Both the position numbers and the translations under genes were made by a program. Below the pieces are notes generated by a model that saw nothing but the letters and a program-made list of their open reading frames with translations, had not been told where the DNA came from and ran no database searches. Shown here in pieces: positions 9,722 to 18,036 of a stretch of 34,326 nucleotides of DNA. Numbering within the stretch: position 1 is the stretch's first letter; every line of letters begins with the position of its first letter. Location: NCBI GenBank assembly GCA_021129655.1, contig JAJOLC010000019.1, positions 1 through 34,326 of the forward strand, given 5' to 3'. The DNA is from Minisyncoccota bacterium (lineage in GTDB: Bacteria; Patescibacteriota; Minisyncoccia; Phycocordibacterales; UBA918).

Positions 9722-10036
9722 TTAACCTTCGCATGATTCGCAGGTTGAGCCACCAACATGAATTTTAGGTTTTGCAGACTCTGTATTGTCGTTATCTGTA
9801 GTCAAGCGATTCTCTCTTATGTACTCAATAATATCTCCAGATTCATACATAGAAACACCCTTTTCAGAATCAACCAAAAAAGGAACTTGCATCTTCCCAC
9901 CTTTTTCCATCAGTTCTGTATGAGCTGCCTCGTCCTCTGAAACATCCTTCATTTCAAGCTCAATCTTGAGGTTTTCAGCCATCTGAATAACTCTTTGGCA
10001 AAATGGGCAAGTTGGTTTGTAGTAAAGGGTAAGCAT
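9722..10036 (-). CDS. Glutaredoxin/NrdH-like redoxin (GST-N type) with an extra C-terminal CxxC
   Basis: LYYKPTCPFCQRV, GGKMQVPFL, MYESGDIIEY; tail ends GGSTCESCEG. Confidence 0.88.
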   Translation of the reverse strand: MLTLYYKPTCPFCQRVIQMAENLKIELEMKDVSEDEAAHTELMEKGGKMQVPFLVDSEKGVSMYESGDIIEYIRENRLTTDNDNTESAKPKIHVGGSTCESCEG

Positions 10037-10151
10037 GTTTTTCGTATTTATTATTAAATGGTAACTCTCCTACTATTATACTACGCGCGCAGTCTCAACA
10101 CCATTCAAGATTAATATGTAGTATTCAAGTACTGTTTAGATTTAAATAAAC

Positions 10152-10177
10152 AAAAAGCACCCCTAGGGGTGCTTTTT
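10152..10177 (-). terminator. Rho-independent terminator downstream of the cold-shock gene
   Basis: AAAAAGCACCCC-TA-GGGGTGCTTTTT, 18 nt past the csp stop. Confidence 0.85.
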
Positions 10178-10195
10178 ATTTATACGAGTCTGAAA

Positions 10196-10399
10196 TTATT
10201 CAGCTGCTCGACTAACGTTTACAGCGTTAGGTCCTTTTGGACCTTCACCTACTTCAAATGTAAGCGCGTCACCTTCTTGAAGGTCATCAAACGCTACATC
10301 GTTAAGTTCGTTAACGTGGAAGAAAAGATCTTTTTCTTCACCATCTCGTGCGATAAATCCGTACCCGTTGTTGAGTCGGACAACTTTTCCTTGTTGCAT
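10196..10399 (-). CDS. csp: Cold-shock protein (CspA family)
   Basis: RNP1 NGYGFI and RNP2 DLFFH, GPKGPNAVNV; 67 aa. Confidence 0.95.
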   Translation of the reverse strand: MQQGKVVRLNNGYGFIARDGEEKDLFFHVNELNDVAFDDLQEGDALTFEVGEGPKGPNAVNVSRAAE

Positions 10400-10489
10400 A
10401 TTGTTCTAAACAAATTTTTTTAATAAATCTCAAACCTTTTGAGAAACGTATAAACATATTTGCTTAGTACAGTTCCGATTTGAGCCATA

Positions 10490-10517
10490 AGGATATAACT
10501 TTATAGCAATTTGTCAA
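10490..10517 (-). promoter_or_regulatory. Sigma70-type promoter of csp (TTGACA-16-TATCCT), giving an approximately 85-nt 5' UTR
   Basis: Consensus -35 and a TAnnnT -10. The leader can pair CUCAAAUC with GGUUUGAG; long structured UTRs are typical of csp genes. Confidence 0.6.
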
Positions 10518-10536
10518 TGCTTTTTAACACAAAAAG

Positions 10537-10570
10537 AAGCCGTAACATGTATATACACAAGTTACGGCTT
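10537..10570 (-). terminator. Terminator downstream of the secreted-protein gene
   Basis: AAGCCGTAAC...GTTACGGCTT stem followed on the minus strand by CTTTTT. Confidence 0.7.
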
Positions 10571-10585
10571 ATATTAAAAACTGAC

Positions 10586-10906
10586 TTACCAGCAAGTAAA
10601 GGTACAAACACCCCATGGATTATTAGCTATACAGTTATTCATAGCTATGTCCCTAGCTTGCCACCAGACAGTACTTTGCCCATTACCCCAAGCTCCACTA
10701 GGACTCCTGGCATGACATCTCCATACGTACACATGCCCCCAAACATGATTAGCTTTCAGACTTTTACCAACAGATGAATCTGAAGAATATTGCAGAGTCT
10801 GGAAGAAAGCAGACTTATCTTGAGCCCTGTCTGCAGAGACCGCTACGGTTGCATAAGGTGAACACATCATAATGATGCATAACGGAAGAAATAGCTTGTA
10901 TTTCAT
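10586..10906 (-). CDS. Small secreted Cys/Trp-rich hypothetical protein
   Basis: Signal peptide-like N-terminus ending AVSA; four Cys in the C-terminal half; SD AAGGAG; promoter TTGACA-16-TAGAAT (10982-10955); own terminator. Confidence 0.7.
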   Translation of the reverse strand: MKYKLFLPLCIIMMCSPYATVAVSADRAQDKSAFFQTLQYSSDSSVGKSLKANHVWGHVYVWRCHARSPSGAWGNGQSTVWWQARDIAMNNCIANNPWGVCTFTCW

Positions 10907-11003
10907 TTTCCTTCTCCTTGTTTTCGATTACACGACATGAGCAATCTGCGAAACATTCTATATTTTAAGCACCATGTGTCAAGCCGGCACAGTAATACAC
11001 AAT

Positions 11004-11082
11004 ACAAGTGAATATCCGACCTTACATTTGACAACACTTCCTTGCAAAATCAATACACTAAGAGTACATTAACAAGTGAATA
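11004..11082 (+). promoter_or_regulatory. PIN-PhoH promoter (TTGCAA-17-TACATT, 11042-11070) flanked by an 11-bp direct repeat ACAAGTGAATA
   Basis: Repeat copies at 11004-11014 and 11072-11082; SD AAGGAG before ATG 11115. Confidence 0.5.
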
Positions 11083-11114
11083 CATTGTTCATTTACAACA
11101 CAAGGAGAATAAAA

Positions 11115-12707
11115 ATGGCAGAGCGAAGACATGGTCGAAGAAACCCTTCTAAGCGCAAACCGGCACGTGCACCAACTTCAAAAGTTCATACCTCACGCAA
11201 TAAACCAAAGAGTAAAAAGGGTGAAGAGAACAGTATCCCTGTCAAAAAAAGTATTCCTGATTCCTTTAGAGGCATCAGGAAGGAATGGGGCGGAATAATT
11301 TCATTTGTACTAGACACAAACGTAATAATGACAGCGTGGGATTCATTGTTTAAATTTGAAGAACATGACGTCTATATTGTTAGTCAGGTCCTCAAGGAAC
11401 TGGATAAGTACAAAAAGGGACATTCAGCTGAAGCTATGAACAGTCGCAAGGCAACTCGTATTTTAGACAAACTGTCTAAAGGCAAAACCCCAAACCAGTT
11501 AGCTGAAGGCTTGCCATTAATACCCCCAGCTGAACTCGAGAACGGAAAACCTCGTAATGGTAAACTTTTCTTCAATTTTTCTAATCCTATATTCATAAAA
11601 CATGATGACGTTGATCTAGACTCTAATGAGCCAGACGATAGAATAATATCTATCTGCCTATCTCTAAGACTCCAAGGTAAGCGTGTAGTCTTTATCTCAA
11701 ACGACGGTAATGCTAGAATCAAGGCTAGAGCATATGGAATAGAAGCAGAAGAGTATCTAAATGAAGCAGCAACAGAAATTGCTTCTTCTGGTGAGGAGGA
11801 TAGGCGCACAGGGTTCCATAAGGTTCCTGATAATATTTGGGATGAGTTGGATGACATAAAGATAGAAAATATGCACGGAGTAAGTCAGTACGAACTGTCA
11901 CATTCGTTTTTCAAAAGAGTTACTTGCAATGAATTCTTACTTTTTTCTAACGGGCCAAAAGGAAAACTATTAAAGCTACAAGTGATCACCAAGAAGAACC
12001 AGAGTCGTATCATAGCTAAAACTTTTTATCAGAGTGAGCAAGGAGTCTGGGGTGTAACGGGGAGAAATGTTGAGCAAGAGCTAGCCCTTCAGCTTCTAAT
12101 GGATGACAGCATTGTCTGTGTGTCACTAGCAGGATTAGCAGGTAGTGGTAAAACCTATTTAGCACTAGCAGCAGCCCTGCAACAAGCCTACTCCGATGAC
12201 ACAACCTACAAAAGGATTATTATTTCACGAGCAACTGTTGGATCGGATGAAGATATTGGTTTTCTACCGGGTGACGAAGAGGAAAAAATGAGTCCTTGGA
12301 TGGGTTCAATGCACGACAACCTGGAAGCCTTGACTGAAGATGAGTCTAATGACAGCTCGAAGTCACTTTCACGTCAGATGACACAAGCCTTCTTGAGAGA
12401 GAAAATAAAGATTAAATCACTAAACTTTATGAAAGGGCGGACTTTTCAAAACACCTTTCTGATTATTGATGAGGCTCAAGACTTGACTGTCAAAAAGCTG
12501 AAAATGATAACTACTAGAATTGGTGTGGGTTCAAAGATTATCCTATTGGGTAACGTTGCTCAAATAGATGACCCGTACATCAACGAACACACGTCAGGCA
12601 TATCCGTTATCATCAGAGCTTTCGCAGACTCAAAACTTGCAGGACATGTAACCCTGCAACAAGGTGAGCGTAGCGCATTTGCAACTGAGGCGGAGGAGCG
12701 CCTTTAA
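11115..12707 (+). CDS. PIN-PhoH (PhoH2/YlaK-like) RNase-ATPase
   Basis: PIN motifs FVLDTNV, LKELD, DDRII, FISNDGNARIKA. PhoH motifs GLAGSGKT, IGFLPG..EEKM.PW, FMKGRTF..FLIIDEAQD, ITTRIG.GSKI..GNVAQID. Start ATG 11115 follows a strong SD. Confidence 0.93.
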   Translation: MAERRHGRRNPSKRKPARAPTSKVHTSRNKPKSKKGEENSIPVKKSIPDSFRGIRKEWGGIISFVLDTNVIMTAWDSLFKFEEHDVYIVSQVLKELDKYKKGHSAEAMNSRKATRILDKLSKGKTPNQLAEGLPLIPPAELENGKPRNGKLFFNFSNPIFIKHDDVDLDSNEPDDRIISICLSLRLQGKRVVFISNDGNARIKARAYGIEAEEYLNEAATEIASSGEEDRRTGFHKVPDNIWDELDDIKIENMHGVSQYELSHSFFKRVTCNEFLLFSNGPKGKLLKLQVITKKNQSRIIAKTFYQSEQGVWGVTGRNVEQELALQLLMDDSIVCVSLAGLAGSGKTYLALAAALQQAYSDDTTYKRIIISRATVGSDEDIGFLPGDEEEKMSPWMGSMHDNLEALTEDESNDSSKSLSRQMTQAFLREKIKIKSLNFMKGRTFQNTFLIIDEAQDLTVKKLKMITTRIGVGSKIILLGNVAQIDDPYINEHTSGISVIIRAFADSKLAGHVTLQQGERSAFATEAEERL

Positions 12708-12736
12708 CTTAAACCTTGTACTGTTCTTTTAACCCC

Positions 12737-12804
12737 AAGGGGACTGTTTTACAACAGTCCCCTTTTCATTATAAAAATAAACCCCACAAATTAATGTGGG
12801 GTTT
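12737..12804. terminator. Two tandem terminator hairpins between convergent phoH2 and the Crp-like gene
   Basis: AAGGGGACTGTT-TTAC-AACAGTCCCCTT(TT) at 12737-12766 and AAACCCCACA-AATTAA-TGTGGGGTTT at 12779-12804. Confidence 0.8.
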
Positions 12805-12823
12805 TCTAATTCTTCTTAGATTA

Positions 12824-13432
12824 CTATACGCAAATTGCCGCATAAGTTGGTGTACATTTCTTGCACTCTTTCTTCTTTTCTTGCCAGGCTGCACTGCGAG
12901 ATATTGTTTCAGGCCTGATACCACTTAACGAAGCAACGTCATGTGTTCTTAGATTACACATATGCATGTTGGGTTTACTATTCAGAAATAATATTACTCG
13001 CTCTACTTTTATCTCTGCTAAACCAGATGACAATACTGATACTCTGTCACAATAATCCTTCGTTGTTGAATGCAATATTTCTAAGCCGTAGCTCAAAACT
13101 CTACTAGAGAGAGCTCTGACCTCACTTTTAGAAACTATCAAAACCTCTCCCTTTGAGGCAACTTGTAAAGCTATATCACTGCCCAATTCCCAGAATGGAA
13201 TTACTTGACCAGGACTATACACCTGAATAATTTTCTCAATGTCACCATTGATACTATGCTTTCGTAATATGAGCACCGCAGTAATAGGTATAACTAGACT
13301 ATCTTTACGAATAATCTGCTTTTCCTTCAGCGTTTCTGTACACCTACCTAACTGCGCCAACATAGCACCCGTGAGTACAGACAGTAAGCGATTTCTTGGC
13401 AAGATACTCAAAGTTGAGACCGAAACTTCCAT
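12824..13432 (-). CDS. Divergent Crp/Fnr-family transcriptional regulator
   Basis: C-terminal HTH LRTHDVASLSGIRPETISR; effector-barrel-like segment GDIEKIIQVYSPGQVIPFWE; C-helix-like LSSGLAEIKVERVILFL; SD AGGAG. Confidence 0.7.
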   Translation of the reverse strand: MEVSVSTLSILPRNRLLSVLTGAMLAQLGRCTETLKEKQIIRKDSLVIPITAVLILRKHSINGDIEKIIQVYSPGQVIPFWELGSDIALQVASKGEVLIVSKSEVRALSSRVLSYGLEILHSTTKDYCDRVSVLSSGLAEIKVERVILFLNSKPNMHMCNLRTHDVASLSGIRPETISRSAAWQEKKKECKKCTPTYAAICV

Positions 13433-13525
13433 TAGCTATTCTCCTATAAAAAGATAAAAATCAAACTAAACCAGCGCTACAATACATACAAAACTTGTAT
13501 CTGTAAATTACAAAATAAAGTTTTT

Positions 13526-13726
13526 CTATACAGCGTCAAATCTGACTCTATTGTCTGACATCCACTTATCCATCTCTTGCTTCTTATCCTCAGCTGACAT
13601 ACCCTCCTTTCCTTTCATCACGTCTGCATGAGCATCCATATAGTGAGGCAGTAGCGCCTGCATCCAATCTTCAAAGGCTTCTCCATCGGCAGTCACTTCA
13701 CACAAATCACATTTTATAGTTTTCAT
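13526..13726 (-). CDS. Small metal-binding protein, DUF1059-like
   Basis: MKTIKCDLC...HYMDAH, a CxxC plus HxxxxH pattern; 66 aa. Confidence 0.6.
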   Translation of the reverse strand: MKTIKCDLCEVTADGEAFEDWMQALLPHYMDAHADVMKGKEGMSAEDKKQEMDKWMSDNRVRFDAV

Positions 13727-13802
13727 AGCAAATGATTGTTCTTAGTTAGCAATAATAAAACATACCATAGCGAACTAGAGAGGTCTTGCTATAGTAAGAC
13801 GT

Positions 13803-14549
13803 ATGAAAATACTTTTATCACCATCTAAATCACAAGACTTTGATAGCAAAAGTAACCTAGTTAATAAGACCTCCCCAATTTTTAGCTCTGAAACTAATAA
13901 ACTGGTTTCCTATATGCATGCGTACACAAAGGATGACCTAATGAAAATGATGAATATTTCAGAGAGATTGGCCGAACTAAATGTTGACCGGTACACAAAT
14001 TGGGCTGCGGCTAAACAGAAACAAGCAATTTCAGCATTTACCGGGGACGTCTATAGTGTATTTCAAAACAACACTCTATCAAACAGCACTCTAACTTACC
14101 TCGAAGAACATATACGGATTATTTCTGGTTTATATGGCCTTCTCAGTCCCCTCACTCTAATTAAGCCCTACCGACTAGAAATGGGCAGAAGGGTCTTCAC
14201 TAGTGCAGATAAATCGAACAGTATTAGACTGTATGATTTTTGGGGAGACTTAGTCACAAGCTATCTTACTAATCATGATGTAATTATAAACTTAGCTTCA
14301 AATGAGTACTGCAAGGTTATAGACACTTCCCTTCTTAAGGGTAAATTCATCACCATTGTATTCAAAACTAGAAAAAATGGGGCAATGAAAATTATCCCTA
14401 TCTTTGCAAAAAGGGAGCGAGGTGCCATGGCACTCTGGATGGCTCAAAACAACATAAAGAACGTAGAGAAGATAAAAGAGTATAACAAGAATGGATATCA
14501 GTTCAGCAAAGCTGATTCGAGTGAGTTAGCCTGGATTTTTGTAAATTAA
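13803..14549 (+). CDS. yaaA: Peroxide stress resistance protein YaaA (DUF328)
   Basis: MKILLSPSK, MNISERLAELN, FTGDVY, IISGLYGLL.P...I.PYRLEMG, IINLASNEY, AKRERGAMA. Confidence 0.93.
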   Translation: MKILLSPSKSQDFDSKSNLVNKTSPIFSSETNKLVSYMHAYTKDDLMKMMNISERLAELNVDRYTNWAAAKQKQAISAFTGDVYSVFQNNTLSNSTLTYLEEHIRIISGLYGLLSPLTLIKPYRLEMGRRVFTSADKSNSIRLYDFWGDLVTSYLTNHDVIINLASNEYCKVIDTSLLKGKFITIVFKTRKNGAMKIIPIFAKRERGAMALWMAQNNIKNVEKIKEYNKNGYQFSKADSSELAWIFVN

Positions 14550-14570
14550 ACAAAATCGGCTGCACTCATA

Positions 14571-14603
14571 TAAAAAACACCCAAATGCTTTGGGTGTTTT
14601 TTA
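14571..14603. terminator. Bidirectional terminator between yaaA and the GlcG/HbpS gene
   Basis: TAAAAAACACCCAAA-TGC-TTTGGGTGTTTTTTA, perfect 15-bp arms. Confidence 0.85.
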
Positions 14604-14619
14604 TTATCGAAAATTTAAC

Positions 14620-15027
14620 TTAAGCTGTTGCTGTTGCTGTTGCTCCAGCTTCTGCTACAGCATGGTCATTCTCAACAGTACTACCGCTTACCCCTATAGC
14701 ACCAATGATATTCCCTTCTACATCCTTCACTGGCACACCACCCGGAAAAGTGATCAGACCCTCGTTTGAATGCTCAATACCAAACAGTGCTCCTCCTGGC
14801 TGTGAAAGTGTGCCGATAATACCAGTGTCCATATCAAAGAATCTAGCTGTTTTAGCTTTCTTGATTGATATATCCAAAGAACCTAACCAGGCTCCGTCCA
14901 TACGACCGAACGCGACCAAATTAGCACCAGCATCAACCACTGCAATATTCATTTTTGTATCCAACTCTACTGATTTTGCTTTTGCAGCGACAATCATTTT
15001 TTCTGCTTGTTCTAGGGTAATAGTCAT
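14620..15027 (-). CDS. GlcG/HbpS (DUF336) heme-binding family protein
   Basis: [54 protein letters not shown] 15027 preferred as start. Confidence 0.9.
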   Translation of the reverse strand: MTITLEQAEKMIVAAKAKSVELDTKMNIAVVDAGANLVAFGRMDGAWLGSLDISIKKAKTARFFDMDTGIIGTLSQPGGALFGIEHSNEGLITFPGGVPVKDVEGNIIGAIGVSGSTVENDHAVAEAGATATATA

Positions 15028-15128
15028 ATCCAAACTTAATTATATAAACAAATTTAAATTCCACACCTAGGGTGTGAAATTTGAAAGATGATTATAACCT
15101 AACAACAATCAAAACTGAAATTTAGTAC

Positions 15129-16689
15129 TCATGAGTCCAGTTTGTCGTCAGCCACTTCATAAACTGGGTCTTCATCCAAGTTCACTTCAACAATCTTCTC
15201 GGCGTTCTTCAGCAAACGCCTACAGTCATGACTTAAGTGATATAAGTGAAGCTTCTTCCCTGCTTGCAGATATTTGTCAGTCAGTGAATTAACAGCTTCA
15301 ATACCTGAATGATCTAGTATGCGAGCATCATTAAAATCAATAAACACCTCCTCTGGGTCATTAGCTACATTAAAGATACTTGAAAAGCTATGTATGGAAG
15401 CAAAGTACAGAGGACCGCTCAATTCGTAATGTTTACCACCGGTTTTATCTAAAAAGGCTTTAGCTGAAATACCCTGCGATTTTTTCCAACTAAAGACTAG
15501 TGCCGAAACAACAATACCCGCAATCACAGCTACTGCTAAATCAAACATAACAATAGTAGCGGAAACCAGAATAAGCACAAAAGCATCTGACCGGGGAATC
15601 TTCCTAATAATTCTCAAACTAGACCAAGCAAAGGTGCCAATTACCACCCTGAACATCACCCCCACTAGGGCCGCTAGAGGTATTTTCTCAATCAACGAAC
15701 CTGCAAATAGAATAAAACCAAACAAGGTCAGTCCAGCCATTATTCCAGCCCACCGGCCACGACCACCGGAATCCATATTGATCATACTTTGGCCCACCAT
15801 CGCACAGCCACCCATTCCTCCGAAGAAACCTGTCACGACATTAGCTACACCTTGAGCAGAACACTCAACATTACTTTGACCTCTAGTGTCGGTTTTCTCA
15901 TCAATCAGTGACATTATCATCAAAGACTCGACCAGCCCAATAAAGGCCAGAATAATTGCAAAGGGAAAGATTATTTTTAAGGTCTCAAAACCAAAAGTAA
16001 TGTCCGGAATTGAAAATGTTGGAAAACCAGCACTGTCTGACCACCATTCAACATATCGTAGACAGTGGGAGTATTTAAATCAAAGAAAACCACCAAAAAT
16101 GTGACCCGAGAGATGGAGGCCAGTGAAGCCGGCGCAGCTTTAGTAAATCGTGGCAAGAAAGCAATAACTGCCATTGTGAGTGCTATTAACCCACCCATTA
16201 GCATCAACTCCCCTGGCGGCAGCCATTCGCCATAAAACCAGCCAAAGTGACCGGCTGGTGTGAATGTTTGCAATTGCGGTATTTGAGCCAAGAAAATAAC
16301 AATTGCCAAACCGTTCACAAAACCCAGCATTGCAGGATGCGGAATAATACGAGAAAATTTACCCAATCTAAAGAAAGCAACGGTCAGCTGAATCATCCCC
16401 ATAAGTATTACAGTGGCAAACAAGTATTCGACTCCATGAGTACGAACTAGCTCAATCATCACTACTGCCAAGGCACCCGTGGCACCGGAAATCATCCCGG
16501 GTCGACCGCTCAAAACAGCCGCTATAAAGCTAACTATTGCAGCCGCATACAAACCCACAATCGGGTCCACTCCGGCCACAAAGGCAAAAGCAATCGCCTC
16601 TGGCACAAGAGCTAGAGCGACAGTAATCCAGACAATGTGTCTAAACGCCAATTGTTGGGAGATAAATATGAAAGTACTTTTTGTTGCAT
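15129..16689 (-). pseudogene. sulP: SulP-family anion transporter with STAS domain, broken by two frameshifts
   Basis: Reconstructed frame: ATG 16689 MQQKVLSYLSPNNWRLDTLSG, shift near 16629, ITVALALVPEAIAFA..GRPGMISGATGA...MLNGGQ, shift near 16034, SAGFPTFSIP..GLVESL..GGMGGCAMVGQS..STAS (GPLYFAS, DHSGIEA). Adding one base at each site gives about 520 aa. Confidence 0.85.
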
Positions 16690-16812
16690 CTGTAGTGTTT
16701 GTTATTGAACCGAGGGGCTACTAATCTAGTGCAACAGAATAGCATAATTCTTCCTCTCTGCCGGCAGATATATTATAAGAATATGTTACTAGAACACTCT
16801 AAATTACGACCA

Positions 16813-17403
16813 TTACACCACCAGCACTCCTTGCCTAATCACCTCAAACCCTGAATCAGAGCACTCAATGACAGTAGAAGCCTCGTTCTCCAGCTCACCA
16901 CCGTCAATAGCCAAATCGATACCTTGTAAATCTTTCAAGACTTGTCTGCAACTGTCGCCAGGTTCTTGGCCACTAATATTTGCACTGGTTGTTGTAATTG
17001 GACAATCTAACTCCTTAACGATATTTAAAATCCCACTCTTATCTGGAATTCTTATTCCAATCTTATCTTCATTGCCAATATTCTTAGCCAGGTATATATC
17101 CTTAGCTGGAAGTATCAGAGTAAGTGGACCTGGTAAATACTTATCCATTAAACCTCTGGTATAATCATTAAAATACACATATTTAGCAGCCATTTCTATA
17201 TCGGAAACAACAATCGAAACTGCTTTTTGACTACTCACTTCCTTTATACTGCTAATCTTTTCTATAGCTGTTTCAGATCTTGCCAGAACACCTAAAGCGT
17301 ACTGGGTGTCAGTCGGATACAAAACTACCCCTCCATTTTTGAAGGTTTTAATTATTTCGTTTACATGTTCATAAATTTCTGAAATATGGATAATTTTTGT
17401 CAT
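16813..17403 (-). CDS. tsaC: L-threonylcarbamoyladenylate synthase (TsaC/YrdC/Sua5 N-domain)
   Basis: GGVVLYPTDTQYAL, PGPLTLIL, IGIRIPD, TTTSANISG, STVI, IRQG. Confidence 0.93.
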   Translation of the reverse strand: MTKIIHISEIYEHVNEIIKTFKNGGVVLYPTDTQYALGVLARSETAIEKISSIKEVSSQKAVSIVVSDIEMAAKYVYFNDYTRGLMDKYLPGPLTLILPAKDIYLAKNIGNEDKIGIRIPDKSGILNIVKELDCPITTTSANISGQEPGDSCRQVLKDLQGIDLAIDGGELENEASTVIECSDSGFEVIRQGVLVV

Positions 17404-17502
17404 AATATTTAGCTTTACTTCTATATTCCACTAGTCAATATACCACTTAAACAATATAAAAACCGTCTTCCCACCGAGATGAAAATTCGGTTTTTCTCCT
17501 AA

Positions 17503-17898
17503 TTAAAGGTTGTGATAATTTGAACGAACAAGACCTAGTAATGCATCAAGACCCTTACAATAAGCGGGCTCATCCGGTTTATCTAATCTTATAATTATCC
17601 AGAAATAAAGATGGAATACCTTCTGTCCTGCCGGACGCCCACAGTTGGAAGAGATGTTGTACGACGCATTAGCAATATCCGGAATCTCCTGCAGCATATC
17701 ATTAAAAGACGGCTGCCATGCAAGCAGAAGTTCTACAGAACTTCGACAGTGTTTCTTCGGGATAATCAGATAACTATTTGGTATTACAACGCCATCTTTT
17801 ACAGGCTGAATCAGAAAGGCTTTACCATTCTGACTCAGAATTTGATCTTGTCTGACTATTTCGTTTTATAAGCAAAAAGAACAATCTTTTATTTTTAC
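17503..17898 (-). pseudogene. HIT (histidine triad) family pseudogene
   Basis: After SD GGAGG the frame reads (GTA)KIKDCSFCL*NEIV...SYLIIPKKH...YNISSNCGRPAGQKVFHLYFWIIIR. In-frame TAA at 17866-17868, no canonical start codon, and HxHxH reduced to HLYFW. Confidence 0.75.
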
Positions 17899-18007
17899 AA
17901 TAACCTCCGTTGAAGTGAGTCGCAGTAGCGCTTTAATTAAGCTATATCATTCATTGTTTTTGTCAAATATTCCAACAACTTGAGAGTTTTTATTAGATTG
18001 AAACGAC

Positions 18008-18028
18008 AAAATCCACCTAAAGGTGGAT
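18008..18028 (-). terminator. Terminator downstream of the tRNA-Asn locus
   Basis: Minus strand ATCCACC-TTTA-GGTGGAT-TTT directly after the duplicated tRNA 3' end. Confidence 0.7.
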
Positions 18029-18036
18029 CTCTATCT

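Noticed and set aside
16020-16640. Programmed ribosomal frameshifting in sulP
   Set aside because: Two independent shifts would be needed, no slippery heptamer is evident, and there are additional damaging substitutions.
17866-17868. Stop-codon reassignment (code 25) or readthrough
   Set aside because: The internal stop is TAA, not TGA. TGA ends ung, FIST, sulP and subunit I at the expected positions, and TAA ends many intact genes.
17611-17871. 86-aa plus-strand ORF
   Set aside because: It is antisense to the HIT pseudogene, which explains the region better.
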